Below are positions 25,503 through 37,935 of a stretch of DNA of 64,000 bases, piece by piece; within the stretch, counting starts at the first letter, position 1; each line of letters starts with the position of its first letter. The position numbers were made by a program, and so were the translations under genes. A model generated the notes under the pieces. That model ran no database searches and was not told the DNA's origin. It saw only the letters and a list, made by a program, of their open reading frames with translations. Where the stretch lies: contig NW_024704743.1 of the NCBI RefSeq assembly GCF_018977255.1, forward strand, positions 104,472,001 to 104,536,000. The letters run 5' to 3'. This DNA is from Callorhinchus milii. Lineage: Eukaryota.

Positions 25503-25964
25503 GTAAGTATGATATTTATTCTCTCAAGAATATTTGAATTTCAACATGCATGTTATTTAGCATGAAAAAACTCCAGGTATTGACTAAAAAGTAACCATAT
25601 TTTGTGCATTTACATCACTTCTTCACTGGAGATTTGTTGTGAAATATAAGACAGTATTTTTTTGGAATAATGGCCCAAATAGCTTGTGGTTCAGTTTGTC
25701 TTACGCCTTGTTTCACTGGTTAACATGTTGCTTCAGTCAGCAGGTGTGACAACATAAAATGCACTGGTGGGATTCACATGCATAACACTCATAAATGGCC
25801 TCAAGACTCAATGATAATCCAAGAAGTAAAGCACAGCAGCATGTGTGAAATTGATAGCAGGTGACCATGAGTGAAGGCTGGCATCTATTTACACAGCCAA
25901 GTTATATCACATGAGAGGTACACAATAAAGGTTTGGCTCCTCGTTTCTGAATATCCACCAAACT

Positions 25965-26125
25965 ATATTTCAAGAGAGAACTTGATGCACGCGTGAGAGA
26001 GAAGGGAATAGAGGGGTACATGTGAGGAGATTAGTTGGGGTGGGGACTTGTGTGAAATATAAACACCAGCACAGACAGGTTGGGCTGGATGGCCTGTTTC
26101 CTTGCTACATCACTCGATGTAACGC
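25965..26125 (+). mobile_element. CR1-like 3' end
   Basis: TTTCAAGAGAGAACTTGATGCA...GGGAATAGAGGGGTA...TGGGCTGGATGGCCTGTTTC. Confidence 0.6.
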
Positions 26126-26386
26126 TCTACTGTATAACTTGATTATAGCATCAAGCTGTTTCTTATATATGTCCAGCATCCCAGCTCTTGCACCCTTATT
26201 GGCAACACCTCCTAGCTGTTGACTAATCTCTGCATATCTCTATCCCGTTTAGGATCTCTGTGTCTCTGTAACATCCCCTCTGATTTGTTTATGACATAAC
26301 TGGATAACTGGATTTTAATATAAGTGTTGCAAAATGTGTTTAGTTGATTACTGAACTTTACGCAACAGTAATCCCAGTTTCTTTTG

Positions 26387-26670
26387 CAACAACAACAACA
26401 AAATTATATTTATATAGTGCCTTTCACGTCAGGAGGACGTCCCAAGGCTGGAATGCATTGCAATAATGATCTATCATACTTGACTGTTTGCTGACCATTT
26501 GAAAGCTGAAAAGGAGGGTCTTGAGATGTGCCTTGGCAGAAGTAAGGGAGGGAGCAAGACGAGGGCATTGTGGGATGGAGTTCTAAAGGCTAGGGGCAGA
26601 GAGGCTGAAAGCCCGGCCATCAATGGTAGGGTGGGTCAGGCAGGAGACATTGAGTGGACCGGAGCCTGCA
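26387..26670 (-). mobile_element. L2 3' fragment(s)
   Basis: (AAC)n plus family A tail at left; purine-rich L2 3' ORF segment at 26505-26670. Confidence 0.8.
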
Positions 26671-27029
26671 AATACGATGGAAAGAAGTGAGTTAAATCAT
26701 TCAGGAGGTGATTGCATACAGCATTGAAGACATGAATTGGATAAATACATAATTCACCAGTAGCAGTAACAGCAGGACAGCTGCATGTGTTATAGCCGAA
26801 CCTAAACCAATCTCAGCATGTTTTCCCGAATTATATCCAGATGTATTTATTCCTTGTTTGTATCAATCTGCTAAATATTTCATGCATTGTAATGAAATTA
26901 GGCTAAAGTAGTGGGAACAAACATCTGTTTAGTCCATGGAAATACAGTGGGAAGAGAGTATATGACCTTGTAGTGATACAGAATTAATTGAATCTCGGGT
27001 TCTGCTGGTGGTGAAGACCTTTCTCTGCT

Positions 27030-27172
27030 GAAGACCTTTCTTTTCAACTGCGCCTTTGGTCACCTTCCCACCCCTCCCCCTGGCTCGGTCCCGGGATCCT
27101 AAACTGTAAAGCGCTCTGAGACGCCGTCCGGCGTGGAGGGCGCTATATAAATCCAAGTTATTGTTGTTGGTG
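27030..27172 (+). mobile_element. L2 3' end (family B tail)
   Basis: AGCGCTCTGAGACGCCGTCCGGCGTGGAGGGCGCTATATAAATCCAAG(TTG)n; near-identical tail at 24643-24701. Confidence 0.8.
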
Positions 27173-28022
27173 GTGGTGAGGAGGGGTTTGGCAACAGACA
27201 TATATGTCCTTCCCTATATCTTGGAAGATATAATCCAAACATTAATTTTTATTAACCATTTCCTTTACTGGAAATAAAACTGATCTATATATTTATTCAT
27301 CGGTTTTGTTTATATTGAAGGAAAGGGGTAAAAAACATTCCATATTGAAATGGTGATCTTTATATTGCAGTTCTGAAATTCGCATTCTCCAAAAGATCAA
27401 TTGAAAAACTGAAGCTCCATTGTTTTTTCTCTTCGAACTTCCTCTCCAGTTTTCTCCCCGATTGCCTTCCCTTTTGCAGGGAAAGCCCATGCAGGCATTT
27501 AATTCCATAGATGCTGGTACCTCTCCTCTCTTCTACCTGGTTATGTTGGCTGGCATTAACTGTCCATGTGCTATCACAAGTCAACCAAACTCTGCTCTCA
27601 TCTGCACATGAGAATTTCCTGAAGGACTCATAAGCTATTGATCAGAAGGCCTAAATTCCACTAAATTTACAAGATTAAATTGGTCTCAAGAGAAAATGAC
27701 TAAGGTGACATGGAGTTTCAAGCCTCTGAAATGGGTATACCTTTACACTCTCGATAGCAGTGTTTGCAGTGACTAAAAGCTGAGAGGAAGCCCAGAAAGC
27801 AAAGCTGTATTGTGCACATGTTAACAGGCATCTGAGTTTCAGTGCTTGGTACACAATTTCATCCTTACTGTCCTCCCTTCAAAGATCAAGCCTTTTTTTT
27901 AAAAAAATGAATCCAGTGTCCTAGCCTCAAGCACTCTTCCTGGAAACAGTTCCAGTTGTTTGCTTTCTCTTGAGGAATTTTTTTTTTTCTGGTACCTGTC
28001 CTAAAATTGCTGTTTGCAACTC

Positions 28023-28797
28023 TACAACAGTAAAATTACATTTATAGAGCACCTTTCACGTTGGGAGAACGTCCCAAAGTGCTGAACAGTCAGGTGTCGG
28101 GGCCCGAGTATGGGGGAGGGATGGTGTAGGGGTGAGGGAAGGCAGAGAGGTGGGAGGGCGATCAAAGGCATGATCGAAGAGAAGGGTCTTGAGACCGGTC
28201 TTAAAGGAGGCAAGGGAGGAAGCGAGGCAAAGGGACCGTGGGATGGAGTTCCAGAGTGTGGGGGCAGAGAGGCTGAAAGCCTGGCCACCGATGGTAGAGC
28301 TGGTTGGGCGGGAAACGGAGCAGACCGGAGCCCGCTGAACGGAGGGAGCGGGCAGGTTGGTAGGGAGTCAGCAGGTCAGAGAGGTAGCAGGGGGCAAGGC
28401 CATGGATGGCCTTGAAAGTGAGAATGAGGATCTTGAACTCGATCCTCTGGGGGATGAGGAGGCAGTGGAGTCGGGTGAGGGTAGGAGTCATGGAGCCTGG
28501 TGCGTGAGAGTACACAAACTGCAGAGTTTTGGGTGATTTGCAGTCTGTGAAGGGAAGAGTTGGGAAGGCCGATGAGGAGGGAGTTTCCGTAATCGAGCCT
28601 TGATGTGACAAATGCGTGGGTGAGGGTTTCGGCAGCCTGAGAGGTGAGGCAGTGGCGAAGTCTGGCAATGTTGCGGAGGTTGTGGTAGACAGTGCTGGTC
28701 ATGGCGCGGATGTGGGGGAGAAAGGACAGTTCAGGGTCAAACAAGACACCCAGTTTCCTGACTGGCTTAGTGAGGTTGAGTGTGCAGCCGTGGAGCC
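28023..28797 (-). mobile_element. L2 LINE, 5'-truncated (family A)
   Basis: VRKLGVLFDPELSFLPHI...NIARLRHCLTSQAAETLTHAFVTSRLDYGNSLL...QRIEFKILILTFKAIHGLAP. Confidence 0.93.
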
Positions 28798-28924
28798 TTA
28801 CCTCTAAACCTGTGTTCGCTTGTTCTAATGTCTTGGTGCATCCTAAAATATTGTTCTGAGGGTCACTCCACTGGTGCATGACACGCAGAGTCCTTGTCTG
28901 ACATAGACATGGCGCTGTTTATGC

Positions 28925-29100
28925 CTTCAGCTCCCCTCTTGACTCTCTTCCCCCTCCTTGCTCCCTCCCTTCCCTCCCCTCACCCTGACCATTTACCCCC
29001 TGCTCGGGTCATGACCCAACTGTGCAGTGCCTTGGGACGTCCTCCTGACGTGAAAGGCGCTTTATAAATGGAATCTTGTTGTTGTTGTTGTGTTTGTTGT
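28925..29100 (+). mobile_element. L2 3'UTR/tail (family A)
   Basis: Reverse complement of 1340-1500, with (GTT)n tail. Confidence 0.85.
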
Positions 29101-30790
29101 CTTCACTTTTATAATCACTGGGTGCGAGAGGTTGAGTTCACCCGTCACCAGAGATGTTGAGATAAGATGTTTAAGATCAGTTCAAACAGAAGAACCTTGT
29201 AGCTGAGCTGAAAATCATTAGCACAACTACTGGTCTCAGTGATCAGTGGTACATGATGAAAAGACAGCATCAATGGAAATGCATCATTTATTGATCTCAT
29301 TAGAACTAAGGCCCACCCAGCCAGATGTTAAAGATGTTGAACAGACACATAGAATGAAAGTAGGGATGAATATTGAACTGGAACTAATCCCATAGAGGGC
29401 AGAATGTAAGTTATGAAGATATAGAAGGGAGGGGTCACCTTCTGGCAGGTCTCACTTCCCTGTTGCCTTCATCTCAAGACATGGCTGGACCACCTCCAAG
29501 TTTATTTGACTCTGATTCGGATTAATCAATGAACACGATGTGTTGAGAGAAAAGGAGTAATTTGACAACCAGCAGGTGAAACAACACATTGCAGTGGCAC
29601 TGCTTTGCCTCCTGAGTCAGAGCAGAGATCCTCACATTTCAAACAACTGCATACTCTTCCTCAGGGATCAGTTACTTTCCTGACTTGATGCATATATGTT
29701 TCTATTCTGCACTATCACTACACTTACAGCCATTCCCGCATAGCTGTAGCATCTGCGCTGCCTGTGTCGGAAGGAAGCACGTAGGTGAGAGAGAACAGAA
29801 GAGAGACCACAAGAAAAGGAAGCAGAGAGTATGAAAGAGAGCTCAATATAGTATAATTTACATTCATATAGAACATTTCACCTCTGTAGGATGTCTCAAA
29901 GAGCTTAAAACTGATGGCTGTTTCATGACCAGGCAATAAAAATCTTTTGGTGCCAACCAGTATATGACTGGTTCCTTCTTTCTGCAAATCACCTGGGTTA
30001 AGATGTGGTATCACATTTAAACAGCTGTAATCATACCATTCAATACAGGAGACAGACTCGATTTACTGCTCGAGATGACTAAATTACTGATGGAGTTATA
30101 GTATTTCCCCATCCTTAAAGACAATGACACACACCAATTTGAACTCTGTATTTGCCAACCACAGATGAGCAGTCTAATATAATACAATACAAACTTATAT
30201 TTATATAGCACCTTTCACATCAGGAGGATGTTCCAAAGCACAGGAAATACACTAACATTAGGAAAATAATGCTAAATTTGGCTCAAATAGAAGATGGCTG
30301 AATGTGTGTTGGAGAATTTGACAGGTCTGTGCATGACTCCTGAGCTCTATGTGAGAAGAGCTTCTTTTCTCACATTTTGGCACAATTGGACCATTTCAAA
30401 TTAAATGCTTCTGTCCTAAAAGAGGCATCAGCTTTGGGCTGATACTGGCCTGACCATTATTTCACCTGGGAGTGTTGCAGCCAGCAGGGATGATTTGTTT
30501 ATATCTCTTCAGCTTGACTAGTTTGAAGGTCAGGTGAATGTGGTATGAGGACTATGTTGCCTTGATCGCTTGTATTCTGCTTTTTATGATTTGCTGAAAG
30601 TAAGCAAAATATTGCTTTAATAACAAGCAGATGGACTTTTACAGCTTTGAACAGCTTTTATTCTTTTCACCAAAGAACTCATGCTGGATGTTACAACTGA
30701 TATTTCGAGTAATGCAAGAATTGTTCACTTATTGAACCTGTGTGTTTACAATAATTGGATTATGAATAAAGTGTTATGCTTATTCTGCAG

Positions 30791-30847
30791 GAAAGAACAG
30801 TGACAATCAGACGACAAACAATTGGTGGATTTGGTCTAAGTATAAAG
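30791..30847 (+). CDS. SNTG1: SNTG1 coding exon 3 (ERTVTIRRQTIGGFGLSIK; PDZ start, carboxylate-binding loop)
   Basis: ttctgcag acceptor, AAG|gtgctc donor, 57 nt. Confidence 0.95.
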
Positions 30848-31649
30848 GTGCTCAATACTTTTGACTGTATATTGTTGGTACATTTTTGAAGCTCAATGGA
30901 AAACTACAATGGGGGTGAAATTGTGGAATTCATAGTCAAGAAAAGAAGTGTGATAAGAGGTCAAAAACAAAACACTGGCCTCAAAATGGTCTTTTCGTGA
31001 ATCAAATCATGATTCTTTTTTTCAAGCAGATTTGGTCGTGAATTCCTATCAATTTCAATTACATTTTGGAAGTACATGTTGCTTCCAGTTGACAATACCA
31101 CACTTTCAACCCATAAGATTACGCAAAGCATGTTTTTAATGAAGGAAAGAAAGGTGTTGTATCTGAATTTTGAACAGTTTTGGAAGCACATGGCTTCTTT
31201 GCATAGTTATATAAATTGCTGTCGTGGTATACCCCATTAAGAAAAACATTGATTTATATTCATTTTGAGCTGTTTAGTGTCATCAATACATTGGCACAAA
31301 CCTGAAGGAACACACAGTTATTCATGGTGTGCTGAATGTTGCTTGCAATTGGTGTGCAAAACTGCCTACACCTCAATTAGTCCATTTCTTCTGTTAAAAA
31401 AAGGTTAAAAAATGGCATTCACTCCAATTGTCCTGTATAAAATCTGCCAGCTCCAGCTCCCACAATATAACATACAAGTATAGCTCTAGCAGGACCCTGG
31501 ATATCATTGAGGCAACCTTCTAAACGCTCTACAAATTACACTAAGAAATGTTTTTATGGACAAAATTGATGTAAAACATAAGCACAATGCTACACATTTG
31601 ATCTTATGAAAGTCAACCAATTTACAGAACTCGTGGATGAGAACATTCT

Positions 31650-31763
31650 ATTCTCTGCTGGTCTGTAAATTTACCGACCTTGGCTGTGTGAGCTTATAAT
31701 GGGATTTTCCCCATCATAAACATGCAATGCCAACCTCTGTAAATTTACAGACCAGCAGAGAAT
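31650..31763. repeat. 114-bp hairpin (MITE-like) with perfect 25-bp terminal inverted repeats
   Basis: ATTCTCTGCTGGTCTGTAAATTTAC (31650-31674) / GTAAATTTACAGACCAGCAGAGAAT (31739-31763). Confidence 0.85.
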
Positions 31764-31794
31764 TGTCCTTCTTGTGCTTTACTGACAAACATAA

Positions 31795-32038
31795 TTATCA
31801 TAATAAATGTCTCAAAGTGCTTCACAATTTGTCAGTGAACTGTATTTATAGACAAACGCCATAGCCAATTTGCCCATAGCAGTGACACACAAACAACCAT
31901 GTAGTGAATGACCAATTTTATTTGGGGATTGTTGGCCAGGATACTGGAATAAATTACATTCTCTTTTTGGCTAATGTCATGAGATTTTCAATGTCCACCT
32001 GAACAGGCAGAGAAGGGCTCAGTTTAACCTTTCATCTG
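31795..32038 (-). mobile_element. Deu-domain SINE, 3' part
   Basis: ATGTCCACCTGAACAGGCAGA...AGTTTAACCTTTCATC is the reverse complement of the Deu core. Confidence 0.7.
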
Positions 32039-32199
32039 AAGAATTGTGACAATTAGCTGATATGTAAACACATTTAGACTTGTTATTGTAAAACTCCTTT
32101 GTATTATACTATTTATATTACAGATTTCTGTGCTCCTAATCACAAAGAAAGGGGTATTTATGCAGTTAAAAATTGGAAACTGGCTTAATTCACAAGCTT

Positions 32200-32355
32200 G
32201 ATCTGGATGAAGAAGACCCTTTAGCCCATCTGGTCCCATCCCTCTAGAACACCCACTCTACCATCATCCTATCACTGCATCAAGCTGCTTTTTAAATGAG
32301 TCTTGTGTCCTGGTCTCTACCACCTTTCCTGGAAACCTGTTCCAGTTGTTGATTT
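32200..32355 (-). mobile_element. CR1 3' end
   Basis: GGATGAAGAAGACCCTTTAGCCCATC...CATCAAGCTGCTTTTTAAATGAGTC; same family as 45955, 58165 and 60570. Confidence 0.7.
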
Positions 32356-32459
32356 TTTTTCTCAGTGCATGTCTGACACATGTGGAAACCCATTCTAAAA
32401 ATATCCAAACAAAACAGAGTTCAGATCTACTTGGAGGGATGCATCCTTCTTACCTAATT

Positions 32460-32782
32460 CTGTAGCTCAGTGGTTAGAGCACTCGCTTTGAAAGCGAGAG
32501 ACCTGAGTTCAATTCCAAGCAGGTCAGGGTGAAACCTTGGGCAAGTTTCCTCACTCCACACGCCTAATAATAATCCCTCCAAAACAAAAAAACAATAATA
32601 AATTGGTCATTTTCAATCCACGACTGTTTGTGGGACATTGCTGTGCGCAATTGGCTGCCGTGTTTGCCCACAAATATACAGTCAATTCACTTTACAGTGT
32701 GTTCTGTGAAGCGCTTTGGGACGTCCTCCCGACGTGAAAAGCGCTATATCAAATGCAAGGATTATTATTTATTATTATTATT
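32460..32782 (+). mobile_element. tRNA-derived SINE (short form, young)
   Basis: Near-identical to 10454; tail GGGACGTCCTCCCGACGTGAAAAGCGCT. Confidence 0.93.
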
Positions 32783-33659
32783 AGGCACAGATTGGCAAGA
32801 GCCAAGTCTTGGAGACACCAAAGAATGCGTTGGAGTGCTGCTGGAGTCAAACTAGCTAAAACTGCAGTTTGTTATTGAAAGCACTGTCTGACAAGCTTTC
32901 CCATTACTTGTCCAGCTATAACTACCCTACCTGTTAGGGCTTTGTCTTGCGGGTTAACAGGAGCTGAGTGGGAAGACTATCTGTCCCCAGTGACTGGCTT
33001 GCCTTTCCAAGTCCTGCTGATGAGTCAGTCATTTATTACCCTCTGCCTATGAATCAGCTTACAAAACTGCACCTCAGCACAAGTTGGCAACTTCAGGAAA
33101 GAAACTGTGAAATGAATTTTCTTTCAAAAACTGTTTGAAATTATTTATTTGAAGTTGAATTAAATTGGAACCCTCTGAACCAACACTGAAATGCATGGTA
33201 TCTCACAGCGTTGATTCACCGACACTGCCTATCAGCTCAATGGATGCATTAAGTGGATTTGAGCACAGCCATTTGATCAAAGTCAGAGTGGAGTGCGGTT
33301 GGGGGTTAATCCACATTCATCCATAGACTGAAATATCCTTCCATCAGCAGGAGTGAAATGTCCCACAATGTGTCCATTTCTGTATGACCTTACAAACCGC
33401 ATTCCCCATCTTTGTATCCTGAAATCTGTTCTTGCTTTTCCTAGAAACGCATCCAGGGACCTCTTGAACCCACAAATCATACCTACCTCAATAGCCGTGC
33501 CTGATTATAATATTGACCAAATAGTTTGTTCTTCTGTGCAGCAATCCTGCATTAATTCTATCTGACCACATGTAAAGAGTAAAGAGACGTCTGTGTTTAT
33601 CAGTTTGTTGAAAGCATTGCATTGGTATGTTATAACTTTATCTTTCTTCCATTTTTTAG

Positions 33660-33717
33660 GGTGGTGCTGAACACAATATTCCTGTTATTATATCCAAAAT
33701 CTCTAAAGAGCAAAGAG
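33660..33717 (+). CDS. SNTG1: SNTG1 coding exon 4 (GGAEHNIPVIISKISKEQR; PDZ)
   Basis: ttttttag acceptor, G|gtatgt donor, 58 nt. Confidence 0.95.
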
Positions 33718-33810
33718 GTATGTTCTTCATTGTACATTTTTTAAATGGTTCAAATGCCCATGTGAAATAGTTTGACATAGGATTTTTTTTCTTCTGTATT
33801 ATTTGCAAAG

Positions 33811-33854
33811 CTGACCTATTGGGCCTGCTGTTCATTGGAGATGCTATCCTACAG
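33811..33854 (+). CDS. SNTG1: SNTG1 coding exon 5 ((A)DLLGLLFIGDAILQ; PDZ)
   Basis: tttgcaaag acceptor, CAG|gtgagc donor, 44 nt, after a 93-nt intron. Confidence 0.94.
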
Positions 33855-33967
33855 GTGAGCATGCTCTAATACTATGTTAATGCAGACAATTGTGTGAACA
33901 GATGATCAAAATGAATTCAAGTTTGTCAGTGAATTCTTTCTCTTTTCCTGCTTTCTCTGATCATCAG

Positions 33968-34009
33968 ATAAATGGAATAAACGTTAGGTCCTGCAAGCAT
34001 GAAGAAGTG
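33968..34009 (+). CDS. SNTG1: SNTG1 coding exon 6 (INGINVRSCKHEEV; PDZ)
   Basis: catcag acceptor, GTG|gtaagt donor, 42 nt, after a 113-nt intron. Confidence 0.95.
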
Positions 34010-34042
34010 GTAAGTACAATATATATTGTTGACGCTTGTGGA

Positions 34043-34453
34043 TCAGCCTGGCTCAGTTGATGGCATTCTCGCCTCTGAATCAGAAGGTTGTGGGTTCAAG
34101 TCCCATGTCAGGACTTTGAATTTACATGGTCTAACTGACATTCCAGTGCAGTGCTAAATGTGTGCTGTATTGTTGAAGTTGCTGTTCTTTAGATGAGATG
34201 TTAAACCGAGGTCCCCTCTGCCTGTTTAGGTAGTCAAGAAAGATCCCATGGCATCACTCAAGAAGAGAAAGAAGTTTTGCCTGGTTGTCCTGGCTGACAT
34301 TCCCCCAGTTAAAATTGGTCATTCACTTCATGGCTAAATCATGAGACATTGTGGTGCCACAAATTGGCTGCCATGTTTACATACAAAATGCACAGTCACC
34401 AGATGTTTTAATATATCCTGTGAAGCACTTTGAGATGTCCTCCCGACATGAAA
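34043..34453 (+). mobile_element. Near full-length Deu-domain SINE (SacSINE1-like)
   Basis: tRNA head GGCTCAGTTGATGGCATTCTCGCCTCTGAATCAGAAGGTTGTGGGTTCAAGTCCC; Deu core GATGAGATGTTAAACCGAGGTCCCCTCTGCCTG...AAAGATCCCATGGCA; L2-type tail. Confidence 0.85.
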
Positions 34454-34818
34454 GGGAGGGTGGAATGACATTCAGACTGAAAATCAGTTAATCATTATTT
34501 TCAGAAGTATCACTTAACAGATTCAATGTAAGGAAACATCACATTTTCACCCCAATATTAACTTGCAAAATTGCAAAATGTATCCCAAAATGTTTCACAA
34601 TAAGAAAAAAATAACATTGATTATACTTTAAGGTTGATTTTGGAGTCCTCAAGATAACCTGTTGACTAAAAATACATGGTTGCTTTTCCTTCAACTTTGA
34701 TTGTTCAGGAAAAAGTTTCTTCAGAAGGTCCTTGAGAATTAATTTATTTTGTGTTTGCTTTAAAATTAATTAATTTTTTTATCAAGGTCCTGAGATGCAC
34801 CAATATTGAGATTTTTAA

Positions 34819-35715
34819 TCTATACTAATAAAGACGAAGTGTCTGTCTGTGTATCTATGTATCCGGCATTCACGCAATAACCGATTGCTGCAGAGACCTG
34901 ATTTATATCTCATCGGAAAGGTCTTGCATCTGGCAGTGCCATGGGTATATTTTTTTGGGGGGGATCTCCTATCGTTGCCGAGCTATATTAAAAAATGCTT
35001 TAATTAAGCCCAAAATATGAGGTATAAATCGTATTCTGCAATTATACAGAGGAAAGCACACACCATTCGGAGAGATACATCTACATGCTGCAACAAATGT
35101 ATGACACTCTTTTTCTGAGAGAGAGAGAGACTGGGAGAAACACTGAAAGGGAGAGGGACTGAGAGAGAGAACGAGAGAGACTAAGAGAGCGAGAGAGAGA
35201 GTAAGAGAGAGAGAGACTGAGGGCGAGAGAGACAGAGCGACTGAGAGAGAGAGAGAACTGAGACAGAGTGACTGTGAGAGACTGTGAAGAAAAATATTAA
35301 AGGAGTCCTCCCACATGAGTCCTCCCAGCTGAGTATAGATAAAGACAAAATGTCTGTCTGAGTGCCTGTCTGTGTGTCAATCTACATTCCATATTGGATT
35401 CTTTGGGTGCAAGCGAATCTGCAACGGTTAAATCTAGTAACAAATAAATAGGCGTTTCATTCTCCTGGGCTCTGTGCATGAAAAAAATCTCACGTGCAAT
35501 TCAATATAACACTAGCAGACTCGAATAAGATTCTTAGCAGGTCATTGGAATCCTTGAGAAATAGAACAATTGGTACCAAAGCTATTTGACACATCGCCAT
35601 AATGGCAACACCACTACTATGGCTGAAAAGCAAGAACTTAATTGTAGGCAATATATAATCTTCCATCCTATATTGTCCCACTTCATCCACATTTGATGGA
35701 GCGGGCTTCTGTGTT
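34819..35715 (+). mobile_element. Candidate non-autonomous Helitron-like element (3' end uncertain)
   Basis: A|TCTATACTAATAAAGACGAAGTGTCTGTCTGT 5' terminus (TC start followed by GTCT repeats); internal GA-rich tract. Confidence 0.45.
35116..35283. repeat. Degenerate (GA)n / GAGACT low-complexity tract
   Basis: Seen directly. Confidence 0.9.
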
Positions 35716-37069
35716 TCTATGTTCCAGCGGTCTGTGACATTTAATGGAGAGTTGTTTGTACAGATCTCAAAGAAAAGGGGTCAAGTCACCGGGCTCGGTG
35801 CATTCCCACGTACTATTTCCAATGTAAAATTTAGAATCTGCAACTCTGTGCACATCAAAACCCCAGCTGCTGGCACAGCTTCTGAGTTTCTGAGTGAGAA
35901 CGTTATGGGTATTGGTATTTTTAACTCATCTAGTCACAACTGACACTTTTATTACGTTGCTGGAGGTGTGCTGCGTTGTTGCAGGTTCCTTCGTTTGGAT
36001 GAAACATTAAACTTTCTCAGCATTGATGTCCATGAATCCCATGCGGTTTTCTTTGTTGGCTTTACACTGAGTTTTTTNGAGTAAGTTGCTAATTGGAAGT
36101 GAAAGCCCACAATCTATGAAATCGTTGATCGTCGTACTTGTCACTCCCACTTTTCTGAGCTTCAGATCCAGGATATAAGCAGTCTCTCCAATGCATCACT
36201 GACCAATGCAGATGCTGCAACCTTCATTCTCAGTGAATGGCTCTGAACTGGTTAGTGAGCTCAGTTGTGGAGGTGAAGGTAATGAATGCAGTGCAGATGG
36301 ATGAATGAGTGACTGAGAGTGAGGCATCAATACACTAGACTTTACCAACCAGACCAGTGCAAGATTGTCTGCGGAGAGAGAACAAAGTAAATATCAATAA
36401 AGTACGACAGAGATGGACTCAAATTGCTTATGTCTTGCTACTGAAAGATGGATAATGGGGTTGATCTCACTACAAATAAACCCACCGTTTACCTCTCTGT
36501 GTCATGATTATAGCTCTTAGAATACTGGATTGAAAACTATGGAATGAATTGTCACTTTTCATCCCAGATTTATAGAAAACATCCCCACTACATTAATTCT
36601 GTGTTACAAAACTAATGGCCCTGTTCATGCTACTGGAAACTTGAAGCTCAAGGAACAACTGAGGGGCAAGCAAGCAGACTTTGTTCCGAAATGAATTGCA
36701 TAGCCGTTTTTTTCGGACACTTGAAGGATTCGTGTAATGCATTGATGTCTTAAGCAGCATTGATGACAGAGATTGTCTGATAGAATTAGATTCTTTGTAG
36801 AGTTCATGCTGGCTCAATGTGATTTTTGTGCCAATCTGTCACAAGCTCTGAGATTTGGCTTTTACAAGTCCTCTTAAGAGAAGCAGTAGGAGACCACCAC
36901 ACAGAAATAGTCTTGCAGCACTCAGACGTTGGTTGTAATGGAGTTGCAGCAATGTTTTTACAAACTTAGAGCTGAGATTAGACTGCCAGCTTTCAAATCT
37001 TTCAATCTGCTTCAGGAAACCCCCAGCCTTTCTATGTTGATTTGGGAAATGCTAGCTTTAAAAGATGAG

Positions 37070-37395
37070 TTAATAATAATCTTTGCATTTGATATAGTGC
37101 CTTATCATGTCTTCAAGACATCTCAAAGAGCTTCACAGAATATACTGTAAAGTGAATTGACTGTATATTTTGTGGGCAAAATGCAGCAGCCAATTGCACA
37201 CAGCAGTGTCCCACAAACAGTTGTGGATTGAGTGATCAATTTTTTTTTGAAGAAATTATTACCCCGGAAAAGCTATCTGCCAATTGACTAAGAACCGGGA
37301 TAAGGAAACGTGCACAATGTTTCGCTCTGCTGGGAATCAAAGCTAGGTCCTCTCGCTTGCAAGGCGACTGCTCTAACCACTGAGCTACAGGACTC
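37070..37395 (-). mobile_element. tRNA-derived SINE (long form with a small deletion)
   Basis: Reverse-complement head GAGTCCTGTAGCTCAGTGGTTAGAGC; shared tail. Confidence 0.9.
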
Positions 37396-37439
37396 TTGTA
37401 TTAAGCCTGTATTCCCCAAAACAGGGTGTTGTTAGTTGG

Positions 37440-37935
37440 CGTCAGCCTGGCTTGGTTCCTTGCACTATCACCTCTGAGTCAGAAGGTTGTGCGTTCACGC
37501 CCCATATCAGCAAATAGTCCAGGCTGGCCCTTAAGTGTATTACTGTGGAGTGCTATGTTGTTAAAAATACTGCCCTTTGAATGAAACATTAAACCAAGGT
37601 CCTATCTGCCTGTTCAGGTGAATGTTAAAGATCACATGTGTGAAAATTGACTGCCACATTCACCTACGAATACACAATCTCTGCACTTTACTCTAATGAT
37701 AGTAAGTACTCTTGCATTTCGGATAATGCCTTTTTCTTGGTCAGGACATCTCAAAGTGATTCACAGGATTTACAGTGACTGCAGGCAAACGTGGCAGTCC
37801 ACTTGTGCACTACGGTGTCCCACAAACAACTTTGAAATGAATGAACAATTTTATTTGGGGGAGTGTTGGTCAGGACACTGGAGAAACTCTCTTCTTTTGA
37901 TTAATGCCACAGGATATTTAATGTCCACCTGAGAT
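37440..37935. mobile_element. Two Deu-domain SINE pieces, tail to tail (+ about 37440-37690, - about 37700-37935)
   Basis: CTGAGTCAGAAGGTTGTG head and Deu core on +; reverse tail and core ending ATGTCCACCTGA on -. Confidence 0.65.

Noticed and set aside
28023..29100. Opposite-orientation L2 pieces as a twin-priming inversion
   Set aside because: Both pieces carry their own 3' tails, so they are two independent insertions
36200..36900. Segment that might be a decayed LINE ORF1
   Set aside because: Only a vague ILCYKTNGPVHATGN resemblance; not supportable
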